DNA of 64,000 nucleotides from Patescibacteria group bacterium (GCA_018830295.1 JAHJSM010000003.1:2512-66511); one strand, 5' to 3'. Counted from the stretch's first letter, positions 1-9,496 are shown. Notes: generated by a model not told the origin, from the sequence alone. Made by a program: numbers and translations.

Positions 1-454
1 TTTCGTTCATTTCGGGTAAAAACATTCTTCGCAGATCTTTTAATCCTTTTTTTCTTGGCTTTGTTTCGCCGGTAAAAAGTTTTAGCAATTTCGCGATGTC
101 GGCTGGAATGTTCCATAATTCAATATATTTGCCTATCCATCTTTTATCAACCTGATTGCCTCCGCTATTATGATTGCTAACCAGTTTTACTTGTAAATTT
201 TGAACATCTATTTGAGATTTTAACTTGATGCTTATCTGTATTTGCACTTGAACATCGGCTTTATACGAGCCCCTTATTTTAGACGCTTTTACATATTCAA
301 TATCATTGATATTATAGTCCATCGCTTCAAGCCATTTTTGAGCGGTTTTATCTTTCTCCCAGTCGTTGAATTTATCAATAACATCTTTTTCATTCCTAAA
401 TCCGTCTTTTGCGGTTTTGGATCCTCGTTTTATTAATTCTTTTTTGGCGGTCAT
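1..454 (-). CDS. hypothetical protein, C-terminus beyond window start; candidate restriction endonuclease partnered with adjacent C5-MTase
   Basis: The reverse-strand ATG lies at 452-454 and the frame stays open to the window edge (MTAKKELIKRGSKTAKDGFRNEKDVIDKFNDWEK...). It is absent from the ORF track only because no stop falls inside the window. The function is guessed from its position next to the MTase and HTH controller, not from recognised motifs. Confidence 0.3.
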   Translation of the reverse strand, partial: MTAKKELIKRGSKTAKDGFRNEKDVIDKFNDWEKDKTAQKWLEAMDYNINDIEYVKASKIRGSYKADVQVQIQISIKLKSQIDVQNLQVKLVSNHNSGGNQVDKRWIGKYIELWNIPADIAKLLKLFTGETKPRKKGLKDLRRMFLPEMNE

Positions 455-474
455 ATTATTTGTTTGTTTATTTG

Positions 475-1464
475 TTATTTATTTATAAAATTAAGAAGGC
501 TTTTGCCGAACGCTTCAACAGTATTGACGGTCATCGCGTTGCCGGCTTGGCTAAGCAGGTAAATATCTTGAATTTTATCTTTGACTTTGCTTGATATTTC
601 TTTGGGAAATCCTTGCAATAGCAAAGCCTCGTAGCCGGATAATTTTCTAAATTTTCCATTTTTGACATACAAAATTCCGTGTCTTCCTGTTCGCAATGTT
701 GGCGCCTTTCCTCGATATAGACGCAAATCTGATTGGCGAGTGTCTATAATCAAATAATCCTCTTTTAAAAATTCGTCAACTGAAAATCTATTCTTATTAT
801 ATTTATTATTAACATAATTTAAGAATGTTTCGTAAGTTCTTTTCTTTTCGCCAAATTCCAGTTCGCTATCGTCTATTAAATAATCTTTAAGTTCGGGGGT
901 TTCTACAATTTCCGGATATACAAATCTTTTATCATTCTTCGCTAAATCATTTCGCATTCCGACAAAATATATTCTTTCCCTCATTTGCGGCACTCCGTAA
1001 TGAAGGCTGCTAACCAACTTCCAATAAACATTGTATCCCGCTTCGCCCAGAGCGTTCAAAATGATTTTTAACGATTGGCCGCTCCCATGATTCAGAAGGC
1101 CTTTCACATTTTCTAAAATAAAATATTTTAGATTTTTGGCTTTCATTATATCTATCAAATTAAAAATAATTTGACCGCGCCGATCTTTCATTCCCGTTCT
1201 TTGCCCCATAACCGAAAAAGTTTGGCATGGAAAACCAGCAATCATTAAATCAAATTCTGGTAAATCATCAGGGTTTATTTTTGTTAAATCGCCATAATTT
1301 TTTTCTTCATTGCCAAAAAATTCGCGATATGTTTTTTCTGAATTTTTATCAATTTCTGAAAAACCGACGCATTTCATTCCTAAATTTTCTAGACCAATTC
1401 GTCCGCCTCCAATGCCGGCGCAAAAATCAATAAATTTCAATTTGTTGTTTTTCGCATTCGTCAT
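475..1464 (-). CDS. DNA (cytosine-5)-methyltransferase
   Basis: C5-MTase motifs are present: motif I FCAGIGGG, catalytic PCQ (GFPCQTFS) and ENV (ILENVKGL). Length is 329 aa. Confidence 0.9.
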   Translation of the reverse strand: MTNAKNNKLKFIDFCAGIGGGRIGLENLGMKCVGFSEIDKNSEKTYREFFGNEEKNYGDLTKINPDDLPEFDLMIAGFPCQTFSVMGQRTGMKDRRGQIIFNLIDIMKAKNLKYFILENVKGLLNHGSGQSLKIILNALGEAGYNVYWKLVSSLHYGVPQMRERIYFVGMRNDLAKNDKRFVYPEIVETPELKDYLIDDSELEFGEKKRTYETFLNYVNNKYNKNRFSVDEFLKEDYLIIDTRQSDLRLYRGKAPTLRTGRHGILYVKNGKFRKLSGYEALLLQGFPKEISSKVKDKIQDIYLLSQAGNAMTVNTVEAFGKSLLNFINK

Positions 1465-1468
1465 ATTT

Positions 1469-1675
1469 TTATTTTACTAAATCATCAATAGAAACGCCCA
1501 ACGCTCTTGCTAATTTGATTATTGTTTCAATTTTTGGATTTTTAATTCCGCCTCTTTCAATTTTAATAAGTGTATTGTAAGAAATGCCGGCTTCTCTTGC
1601 CAGTTTTTCCTGCGACCAGCCCTTTTTAGTTCTGTATTTTTTTAGATTTTTTATATTGTTATGCGCAATTGACAT
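1469..1675 (-). CDS. XRE-family helix-turn-helix regulator (R-M controller-like)
   Basis: A 68-aa protein with a classic HTH_XRE segment (WSQEKLAREAGISYNTLIKIERG). It lies directly upstream of the MTase on the same strand. Confidence 0.75.
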   Translation of the reverse strand: MSIAHNNIKNLKKYRTKKGWSQEKLAREAGISYNTLIKIERGGIKNPKIETIIKLARALGVSIDDLVK

Positions 1676-1746
1676 AGTATCTTAATACGCTATACTGGAA
1701 TACAAGAGATAATAAAACTTGTATCTAAGTAAATAATAACAAAAAT

Positions 1747-3258
1747 ATGAACAAAAGACAATCTAAAAAATGCGCGATTTATACAAGAGTATCCACGGAC
1801 AACCAAGCGGAAAAAGAATTTTCGTCTTGCGACGCCCAAGAGCAAAAAATAAAGTCATTCATCGCCAGCCAAGAGAATTGGCAGGTTTTTAAGGTATATT
1901 CTGACGCGGGATATTCTGGAGTTAATACAGACAGACCCGCGTTGCAAGAACTGCTTTCAGATTTGAAACAAGAGAAAATTGATATTGTCTTTGTGTATAA
2001 AATAGATCGGCTCACCCGTTCGCCAAAAGATTTTTATCAGTTGATTGATTTTTTTGAGCAATCAAAAATTGATTTTATTTCTATTACTGAAAGATTTGAC
2101 ACTTCAACGCCGGCAGGGCGGCTTTTGCGAAATATTATGCTTACATTTTCGCAATTTGAAAGAGAATTGGCAAGCGAACGAACAAAAGACAAATTATTGG
2201 AACGGGCTAAAAAAGGAATGTGCAACGGCGGATTGACACCCTATGGATATATTCGTGAAAATAAAAAACTAATCCCCCACTCAAAAGAATCAGAAGAGAT
2301 AAAATCAATTTTTGAAAAATACCTTGAAACAAAATCTCTTTCTGCTGTTTATAATTTTTTAAAAGAAAGGGATGTTAAAAATAAAAACGGCAAAAATTTT
2401 TCAAAAACAAGTATCGCCCACATCTTAAGAAATGTTGTTTATAACGGAAAAGTAAAATATAACAATATAATTTATAATGGACTTCACCAGCCGATAATTT
2501 CAGAAGAAATTTTTGCCCTTGCGCAAGCAATGCACAAAAACAAAATAAAAAAATTAAGACTGTATAAAAATTTTCTTTTCGGCGGATTGATTAAGTGCAA
2601 AGAGTGCGGCTCTAAAATGACATCTTGTTTTACTAACAAAAGAACAAATGAAAAATTAAAAAGATATTATTACTATCGTTGCACCTCAACACTAAGAAAT
2701 GATTGGCAAAGTTGTTCAGTAAAACAAGTGTCTGCCGAAAGATTAGAAGATTTTTGTTTGGAAAATTTAGAACGAATTTCCGTTGATAAAAACTATATTG
2801 AAAATTTGGTTTTCCGCTTGAATAATGATTTTCAATCGCCCTATCGGGCTGGATACGAACCAGCAAAAGCATGCTCTAAACTTTCGCTATTTTCGGCAAA
2901 GAAAATCGCGAACAACCTAAAATCCTTCCTCTCCGCCCTCTCTCGGAAAAAAGGGATTGAAAGAAACCTCTTGATTAAAAAATTTCTGAAAGAAATTATC
3001 TATTCCCCTGAAAATGTTAAAATTCGGCTCTTTTATTCAGAGAATTCAGAGAATTTTCCGAATTTTGCCTCCGAAAAAACGCCTGCCTTGCGAAAGCAAG
3101 GCGGCGCGAAAAAAATAAAGAAAGAAACAGAAAATGCTATTTTCTCTGACAAATCAGAGTTCGCCTCGTCTAACTCGGCTCCGCGGGCAGGATTCGAACC
3201 TGCAACCAATTGCTTAACAGGCAACTGCTCTACCATTGAGCTACCGCGGAATATTTAA
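1747..3258 (+). CDS. large serine recombinase (resolvase/invertase N-domain, recombinase domain, zinc ribbon)
   Basis: The N-terminus has AIYTRVSTDNQ with the catalytic Ser and DIVFVYKIDRLTRS. A recombinase domain follows, then a Cys pattern CKECGSK...YYRCTS. The last ~180 nt of the ORF as called read antisense through the tRNA-Asn terminator and tRNA-Asn itself. The true stop is therefore uncertain. Confidence 0.85.
   Translation: MNKRQSKKCAIYTRVSTDNQAEKEFSSCDAQEQKIKSFIASQENWQVFKVYSDAGYSGVNTDRPALQELLSDLKQEKIDIVFVYKIDRLTRSPKDFYQLIDFFEQSKIDFISITERFDTSTPAGRLLRNIMLTFSQFERELASERTKDKLLERAKKGMCNGGLTPYGYIRENKKLIPHSKESEEIKSIFEKYLETKSLSAVYNFLKERDVKNKNGKNFSKTSIAHILRNVVYNGKVKYNNIIYNGLHQPIISEEIFALAQAMHKNKIKKLRLYKNFLFGGLIKCKECGSKMTSCFTNKRTNEKLKRYYYYRCTSTLRNDWQSCSVKQVSAERLEDFCLENLERISVDKNYIENLVFRLNNDFQSPYRAGYEPAKACSKLSLFSAKKIANNLKSFLSALSRKKGIERNLLIKKFLKEIIYSPENVKIRLFYSENSENFPNFASEKTPALRKQGGAKKIKKETENAIFSDKSEFASSNSAPRAGFEPATNCLTGNCSTIELPRNI
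2843..2877 (-). other. degenerate tRNA 3'-half-like fragment (possible att-site remnant)
   Basis: About 75% identical to the T-arm and acceptor 3' half of tRNA-Asn (ggatacgaaccagc versus ggattcgaacctgc). It lies ~300 nt from the intact tRNA, in the same orientation. Confidence 0.3.
3073..3107 (-). terminator. rho-independent terminator downstream of tRNA-Asn
   Basis: Hairpin GCCTGCCTTGC-GAAA-GCAAGGCGGC, followed by a T-run on the minus strand (plus-strand ccgaaaaaa). Confidence 0.45.
3179..3250 (-). tRNA. tRNA-Asn (anticodon GUU)
   Basis: The reverse complement folds as a cloverleaf. It has a 7-bp acceptor stem UCCGCGG/CCGCGGA, D-arm GCUC/GAGC, anticodon loop CUGUUAA and T-arm GCAGGUUCGAAUCCUGC. 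Confidence 0.85.
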
Positions 3259-3341
3259 TTATTGATATGATTTTATACCAAAAAACTATAATAATCAAGG
3301 TTAGACCTTGTGCCAATAATTTTAAAAATATAACTTAAATA

Positions 3342-3378
3342 AAAAGACCGATTAGTATTTTTATAACCAATCGGTCTC
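3342..3378. terminator. AT-rich hairpin plus T/A runs, bidirectional terminator-like
   Basis: An inverted repeat agaccgatt...aatcggtct is flanked by A/T runs. It lies downstream of the minus-strand gene ending at 3402. Confidence 0.35.
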
Positions 3379-3401
3379 AATAAAACTATTGTTAATTGAA
3401 A

Positions 3402-3854
3402 TTAAACCTCCGTTGTTTTTATAGATTCCAAAAAATCTATATAATCAACTGGTAATTTTTGCTGTCGCGCTCCCTTTAATATTTTATTCATATACAGCAA
3501 ACGCGGCTGGCCACTTCCTTTTTTGATTTTGACAAAATACGCCCATGCGATATGCTCTTCACCGTAAGAATTAAAAACGACGATTTTTTGCCTTAGATAG
3601 CCGTCAGTCAAATGGACAACTTCCCGTTGGTCTAAAACTAACATATCCGACATTGTGAGAGCATAAACCGCGCCCCAAACACGATTATTAGGATCAAATA
3701 CCATATCAGCCACCCATCCGCCTTTTGTGGATTTTCGCGTAAAATCTAATTTGAAATTTGGATAATACGCTAATGTTCCAAAAGAAGCGCTTGAACACCT
3801 TTCTCGCATTTGTTCATAAAGCAAATTTGAACCATAAGCAAAATATAATTCCAC
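3402..3854 (-). CDS. gamma-glutamyl cyclotransferase-like (AIG2/GGCT fold) protein
   Basis: The N-terminal signature YFAYGSNL is typical of the GGCT/AIG2 family. Length is 150 aa. Confidence 0.65.
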   Translation of the reverse strand: MELYFAYGSNLLYEQMRERCSSASFGTLAYYPNFKLDFTRKSTKGGWVADMVFDPNNRVWGAVYALTMSDMLVLDQREVVHLTDGYLRQKIVVFNSYGEEHIAWAYFVKIKKGSGQPRLLYMNKILKGARQQKLPVDYIDFLESIKTTEV

Positions 3855-3913
3855 AACCTACCTCCTTTGATTCTCGGGTTAATATTTTAAATAACTATGA
3901 ACAGTATAATATA

Positions 3914-5014
3914 TTATAATCTTTTTGTCAATAAAGCATCAAGCGTTTCCCTCGCGCATTTTTTCCATGAGAATTTTTGCGCTTGTTCCAATCCCCTGCT
4001 AATTAATTCCTGCCGCGCGCTTTTATCCGTCAGCGCCTCGCGCATCGCTTCTGAAATTTCGCTGATGTCATAATTATCCTGAATGTAAATCGCCGCCTCA
4101 CCCGCTACTTCTGGGATTGAAGCGACTGGACTGGTAATGACTGGTGTTCCGCAAGCGAGCGCTTCCAAAACGGGCAGGCCAAAGCCCTCATAATCGGAAA
4201 GCCAAACCAACAAATCCGCCGCGTTGTAAAGAAGAGCCAAATCTTTAGAATTGATATATTCTTTTCGCAAAACTCCCCTGCTCTTCATAGAAAAACAAGT
4301 ATAATTTTTTCCAACAATTAAAAACTGGTAACCAGGCAATTCACCGGCGATTTCTCCAAACGCTTTAATCGCTTCTGGTAAATGGCGACGATTAAAAATT
4401 GAACCAATGTAAAATATAAACTTATTTTTCACCCCGTATTTTTCCTTAACTTCCGCCAGTTTATTCTCGTCATCAATCCGTCTAAACGACTCGTCCGCCG
4501 CTAAAGGCGTGACAAAAACCCTTTCCGAATCCACTTGATAATATTTCAAAACCTCCATTTTGCTATACTCCGAAGGAACAAAAATAATCTCCGCTTTTCG
4601 CGCAGCTATTTTAGAAAATCTTTTTAACAATATTTTATCCCAAACACTCGGCCAGTTATATAAATCAGGGCGCGCCTGATAAATAATATCATGCAAGGTT
4701 AACACTATCTTCCCGCCATAAAAAAGCGGCGCGACATAAGCTGGACAAAACAAAAGATCAATCCCGTCCTTCTTAGCCGCCCGCGGTAAAACAAAATGTG
4801 TAAAAAAAGCATTACTCCGTCCGCCGATTATCTTTTTTTCAAAAACCGCCTCTGACAAGATTAAATCCTTCGGAATTTCTTCTTTAAAATACAAAATAAA
4901 TTTCAAATCATTAGGCAAATTAAAACTATTCCACTCTTTCAGCAGATTAAACAAATAGCGGCCGACGCCCGTCCGTCCGCCTTCCAAATTCCGCCCATCA
5001 ATCCCAATAATCAT
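3914..5014 (-). CDS. glycosyltransferase family 4 (GT-B, GT1/GT4-like)
   Basis: C-terminal EGFGLPVLEALACGTPVITS motif. The likely start is MIIGIDG, with its ATG at 5012-5014. Confidence 0.8.
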   Translation of the reverse strand: MIIGIDGRNLEGGRTGVGRYLFNLLKEWNSFNLPNDLKFILYFKEEIPKDLILSEAVFEKKIIGGRSNAFFTHFVLPRAAKKDGIDLLFCPAYVAPLFYGGKIVLTLHDIIYQARPDLYNWPSVWDKILLKRFSKIAARKAEIIFVPSEYSKMEVLKYYQVDSERVFVTPLAADESFRRIDDENKLAEVKEKYGVKNKFIFYIGSIFNRRHLPEAIKAFGEIAGELPGYQFLIVGKNYTCFSMKSRGVLRKEYINSKDLALLYNAADLLVWLSDYEGFGLPVLEALACGTPVITSPVASIPEVAGEAAIYIQDNYDISEISEAMREALTDKSARQELISRGLEQAQKFSWKKCARETLDALLTKRL

Positions 5015-5016
5015 AT

Positions 5017-5919
5017 TTAAACCTTTCCTCTTTTTCCTAAATAAAAATCCTTCATCCCTATTAAAATATACTTCGCCCAAACGCGCTTTTTTGGGGAAAA
5101 AACCAATTTAATCAACTGCTTAATCGTTCGCCAAAGCGCATCCAAGTGAACAAACGGCAAAACATACCATGGCGCGAATTTACTCGCTAAAATCAATCCG
5201 TTTCGGATGTGATAATAAATATACGAAGGCGAACCCTCAACCGTACTCTTTGAACACTTATGCCAAATCTTTGCCGCTGGGACAAAAACTGTTTTAAACC
5301 CCGCCCTCCTCGCGCGCAAAGACCAATCTACATCTTCGTAATACAAAAAATATTCATTCGGCATTAAGCCAATTTTTTCTAACGCCTCCCGCTTCGCTAA
5401 AAGACAGCACCCCGTAATATACTCTGTCTCTTGGATCGCCGGCAAATCATACTGCCCCTTATCCATCTCGCCATACCCCCTCATCGTCCCTTTGTTATAC
5501 AACCAATTCACCTCCCCGCCCGCAAACCAAATTTTATTCGGTTCGTCCGCAAAATATATCTTCGCCCCTAAAAAACCGATTTTTTCGTCGCTCTCCCCCG
5601 CTTCAACTAATCTCGTTAAAAAATCAGCGCTCGCAATCGTATCGTTATTCAAAAGTAAAACATAATCGGCGCCATTTTTCAAAGCATATCTAATACCAAC
5701 ATTATTCCCTTCGGAAAATCCCAAATTTTCTTTATTGTAAATGACTTTAATTGAAAATTGAAAATTGAAAATTGAAAATTTTTCAGTTGACCCATTATCA
5801 ACCACAATCACCTCGCAATTTGGATAGTCAACATTTTCAAGCGACTCTAAGCACTCGTGCGTATCCGCCCAATTATTCCAGTTAACAATTATAATAAAAA
5901 CCTTCGGCGGCATAATCAT
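5017..5919 (-). CDS. glycosyltransferase family 2
   Basis: GT-A features are present: FIIIVNWNN, VIVVDNGS and a DxD-like NND. The start is assumed at MIMPPKV. The gene contains the heptad repeat listed separately. Confidence 0.8.
   Translation of the reverse strand: MIMPPKVFIIIVNWNNWADTHECLESLENVDYPNCEVIVVDNGSTEKFSIFNFQFSIKVIYNKENLGFSEGNNVGIRYALKNGADYVLLLNNDTIASADFLTRLVEAGESDEKIGFLGAKIYFADEPNKIWFAGGEVNWLYNKGTMRGYGEMDKGQYDLPAIQETEYITGCCLLAKREALEKIGLMPNEYFLYYEDVDWSLRARRAGFKTVFVPAAKIWHKCSKSTVEGSPSYIYYHIRNGLILASKFAPWYVLPFVHLDALWRTIKQLIKLVFSPKKRVWAKYILIGMKDFYLGKRGKV
5751..5778. repeat. (TTGAAAA)x4 heptanucleotide tandem repeat inside GT2 gene
   Basis: Read directly from the sequence: ttgaaaa ttgaaaa ttgaaaa ttgaaaa. 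The 28 nt are currently in frame and encode FSIFNFQFSI. Confidence 0.8.
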
Positions 5920-5926
5920 AAAAAAT

Positions 5927-6571
5927 TTATTTACCCTCAAACCTTCGTTCAAACAAATAATATATCAGCGCGGCAGCGGCGACTCCAATCAAAAACAAGG
6001 CCGCGAATAACCTCCAATCCGCCTCAATAAACGCTCCGCTTGCGTAAACAACCAAAAGCGCGAAAGGCAATTCCGCCAAAAATGTAATCAAAAGATATCG
6101 CCAAAAATCATAACGAAATATCCCAAAAACATAGCCCGTTTCCGAAGGAGTGGCAAGACGAAAAAGAAAAAGCAAAAGAAAAGTCATTCGCGGCTTCAGT
6201 TTAAGAGTCCACCCTTCCAACCTCTGCCGCCCCGCGATTTTGCTAACCAGTGGATACCCCGCGTACCGCCCAATCGCGTAAGAAACGCAACCGCCTAAAA
6301 GCCATCCAAGCAAAAGTAATAACAAAGTTGCCGCCTCCCCCCATGTCATCACCACTAAAGGAACAAGCGGAACACTGCTAAACATTCCCAAAAGCATAGA
6401 CACCGCCGCAAGCAAAACAAACGCCACGGGCGCGAAAAACGGATAGCGCTCAACAAACCCCTCAAAAACTGCCGTCAAATCAGACAAAGCGCCCCGCAAA
6501 TAAACAGAAGAGCCAAACAAAAAAGCGACAAACAAAACAAGAATGAAAATAAATATAGTTTTCTTGCGCAT
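5927..6571 (-). CDS. DedA/TVP38 (SNARE-associated) family membrane protein
   Basis: A multi-pass membrane protein whose G-rich loop and overall layout fit the DedA/VTT family. The start is assumed at MRKKTIF. Confidence 0.7.
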   Translation of the reverse strand: MRKKTIFIFILVLFVAFLFGSSVYLRGALSDLTAVFEGFVERYPFFAPVAFVLLAAVSMLLGMFSSVPLVPLVVMTWGEAATLLLLLLGWLLGGCVSYAIGRYAGYPLVSKIAGRQRLEGWTLKLKPRMTFLLLFLFRLATPSETGYVFGIFRYDFWRYLLITFLAELPFALLVVYASGAFIEADWRLFAALFLIGVAAAALIYYLFERRFEGK

Positions 6572-6719
6572 CTCTTTTATTATACCACATTCTCCCAATC
6601 AGTAAAAAATAATACCTGTTTTTATTGACTTTTACGGTCATATCAAGCACTATATTCAACAACAAGAATAGAAAGCCCTTTAAAAAATGAATAAGAAATA
6701 AAATAAGGAGGACTGAAAA

Positions 6720-8150
6720 ATGAATGAAAGGAACTTGATTTTGCCTGGAAATCCAAGATATCAACCCAAAGAAATGAAGGATTTTTTTGGCTATGACAAC
6801 CTTTACTTTGGTTTGGCGCAAGTAGAAATTGCCACATTGGAAGCGCTCGGAGAAATCGGCGTAATTCCTGCAGAAGAGATGGAATCGTTGACGCTGGAAC
6901 TGAAAGAAAAACTTTTGGCAATTCCAACAAATCAGGTGGATAAAATTGAGAGGGAAATCACCCATCATGATGTTCGCGCTTGGATTAGAGAAGCTCAAGA
7001 AATAATGAATTGCGCTTTAGCCAGATGGGTTCATATTCCTCTCACCAGTTATGACGCTCTGGATACCGGAAGAATGATCCAATTTCAATCCGCCTACCAG
7101 AAAGCGCTTAAACCATCATTAAAAGAAGTTGTCTCTCTTTTGGCGGATTTAGTTGAAAAATTTGCGGGACAACTGCAAATTGGCAGAACACACGGACAAC
7201 ACGCCTTGCCAATAACTGTTGGATTTTGGCTAGCAACCATCCTTCAACGAATTCTCTATAATTGGCGCCAAATGGATATTTATTCTCGAGGGTTGGTCGG
7301 CAAGATTTCAGGAGCGGTCGGAGCTTACAATGCCCAAGTCGGACTCCGGTTAGAACAACGATGCGGCGATAAAACTTTTGAAGAACGGATTTTAGAAAAA
7401 CTTAATCTAATCCCGGCAAAAATCAGCGCGCAAATTCTTCCGCCCGAACCGCTCGCCTATTTTCTCTTCTCGTGCGCTATGATGTCGGCCTCGCTTGGGC
7501 AGTTAGGAAGAGATTGTCGCCACTTAATGAGAACGGAAATAGCCGAAGTGATGGAATCCTTTGAAAAAAATCAGGTCGGCTCGTCCACTATGGCTCATAA
7601 GAGAAACCCGATTAATTTTGAGAATCTTGAAGGAATGTGGTTAAGAACAAAAAATGAATTCGGCAAAGTAATAGACACTCTCATCAGCGAGCACCAACGC
7701 GATTTGGTCGGCAGTTGCGTTGCCAGAGATTATCCTATTATTCTAATTAATCTCCAGCAACAGATTAATACTCTAACTAAAAAGAATAAAGAAGGAATTC
7801 CGTTTCTTTCAAGAATCGCGATTGACCCAGAGGCCTGCCAAAAAAATTTCGATATGAGCTCTAATCTTATTCTCTCTGAACCTCTATATATCGCTCTGCA
7901 AATGGCTGGCTACCAAAGAGATGCTCACGAATTGGTTAATAGAGTACTGGTCCCCGAAGCGAAAAAAACAAATTCGTCTTTAATTGAAGTATTAGAAAGA
8001 TTGGCTAATAAAGATGAATACCTTCAAGAAGTGTTGGGAAAGATTCCTGAAGAAATTCAAGAACTTTTCCGACATCCCGAAAACTACATCGGCAAAGCCA
8101 AAGAAAAAGCGCGAGAAATAGCGCTCTCTGCCAGACGCCTAATAGAGTAA
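6720..8150 (+). CDS. purB: adenylosuccinate lyase
   Basis: A fumarate-lyase superfamily protein carrying the signature GSSTMAHKRNP. It is 476 aa and lies next to purC/E. Confidence 0.8.
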   Translation: MNERNLILPGNPRYQPKEMKDFFGYDNLYFGLAQVEIATLEALGEIGVIPAEEMESLTLELKEKLLAIPTNQVDKIEREITHHDVRAWIREAQEIMNCALARWVHIPLTSYDALDTGRMIQFQSAYQKALKPSLKEVVSLLADLVEKFAGQLQIGRTHGQHALPITVGFWLATILQRILYNWRQMDIYSRGLVGKISGAVGAYNAQVGLRLEQRCGDKTFEERILEKLNLIPAKISAQILPPEPLAYFLFSCAMMSASLGQLGRDCRHLMRTEIAEVMESFEKNQVGSSTMAHKRNPINFENLEGMWLRTKNEFGKVIDTLISEHQRDLVGSCVARDYPIILINLQQQINTLTKKNKEGIPFLSRIAIDPEACQKNFDMSSNLILSEPLYIALQMAGYQRDAHELVNRVLVPEAKKTNSSLIEVLERLANKDEYLQEVLGKIPEEIQELFRHPENYIGKAKEKAREIALSARRLIE

Positions 8151-8182
8151 AAACCCAAAGAAGACAGAAAAGGAGACGCAAA

Positions 8183-9496
8183 ATGAATTATGAAAAAGGA
8201 TCACTGCTTAATGAAGGTAAAACAAAGAAAATTTGGGGCGTAAGGGATAACCCCGACATCGTGATTATTGAAAATAAGAAAGATATTACGGCCTTTGATG
8301 ACCCAAGTTTTACCAAGGAATTTGAAACTAAAGCCATTTATTCTACCAACATTACCTGCCGCGTATTTGAACTTTTGCGGAAAGCTGGCATCCCCGCGGC
8401 TTATCAAGAACAGGTTTCGCCGACCGAATTTCTGGCCAAAAAATGTATTATGATTCCCTTGGAAGCGGTTGCTCGACGATTTGCCGTAGGAAGTTATCTC
8501 AAAAGACACCCTGAATTAACTCCAAGAGAAAATGAAACGCCTCATCGTTTCCACCGATTAGTTATTGAATTTTTTCTTAAGACCACCGAAGGGAAGCTGG
8601 TTATACCGGGATATGGGAAAATAGTACAAGGACTTGACTCACAAAAAGGCGAAGAAGATCCTTTTATTACCAACCCTTACGAAGCAGAATGGCGTCTTTT
8701 TCATTCAAAGAAACCGTCATGGGATTCTGAAGCAGATTTCAAAAAATCCGTTTCAGCAATTAAGATTCTAGGAAGTGATTTTAAAGAAAAAATCGGGCAG
8801 ATGGAAAACATTCTCCGAAAAGTATTCTTAGTCCTTGAAGGCGCTTGGAATACTATGGGACTCCGAATGATTGATATGAAAATTGAATTCGGAATTACCG
8901 CCGACGGAAAACTTATAGTAGCCGATGTGATTGATAACGACAGCTGGCGGCTCCGCGACGCTAAATGGCAAGAATTAAGCAAAGAAGCGTTCCGCCAAGG
9001 AGAAGAACTTTCCGAAGTTGAAAAAAAATATGGAATTGTTTCTTCACTAATTGATCAAATCAGAATTCCTAAACAAGTTTTAATTTTCTGGAAAGGTTCA
9101 AAAAGTGATCTATCGCTCAATGTTCAAATCGTCCATTTTGACATTAATGAAATTATTTTATCCGGTCACAAATCTCCAAGAAAAGCCCTTGCTCAACTTG
9201 ATAAGATTATCGGGAAATATCCTGACGGCGGAGTAATTATTGTCAAAGTCGGACGGAGCAACGGACTTGGACCTATGCTTGCAGCCAGAACAAACTGGCC
9301 TGTTATTGCTATACCAACCACAATTGAAGAATACCCTGAAGACATTTGGAGCAGTATCCGAATGCCATCTAATGTTCCTTTGTTGACTACCTGGCCGGAA
9401 AAAAATGCTTTCCTGGCCGCCCTAAACATCCTGGCGCAAAAAAATCCGCTGGTTTATATGAGAAGGCAAATGCAAATTGAGGAACTTGATATCTAA
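8183..9496 (+). CDS. purC-purE: bifunctional SAICAR synthetase (PurC) / AIR carboxylase-like (PurE) fusion
   Basis: The N-terminal half resembles PurC (LLNEGKTKKIW...). The C-terminal ~150 aa resemble PurE (WKGSKSDLS..., SGHKSP, GGVIIVKVGRSNGLGPMLAARTNWPVIAIPT). Confidence 0.75.
   Translation: MNYEKGSLLNEGKTKKIWGVRDNPDIVIIENKKDITAFDDPSFTKEFETKAIYSTNITCRVFELLRKAGIPAAYQEQVSPTEFLAKKCIMIPLEAVARRFAVGSYLKRHPELTPRENETPHRFHRLVIEFFLKTTEGKLVIPGYGKIVQGLDSQKGEEDPFITNPYEAEWRLFHSKKPSWDSEADFKKSVSAIKILGSDFKEKIGQMENILRKVFLVLEGAWNTMGLRMIDMKIEFGITADGKLIVADVIDNDSWRLRDAKWQELSKEAFRQGEELSEVEKKYGIVSSLIDQIRIPKQVLIFWKGSKSDLSLNVQIVHFDINEIILSGHKSPRKALAQLDKIIGKYPDGGVIIVKVGRSNGLGPMLAARTNWPVIAIPTTIEEYPEDIWSSIRMPSNVPLLTTWPEKNAFLAALNILAQKNPLVYMRRQMQIEELDI

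Noticed and set aside
2843-2877. tRNA-like fragment as a second functional tRNA
   Set aside because: Only the 3' ~35 nt resemble a tRNA. There is no D-arm or anticodon arm, so at most it is an att-site remnant.
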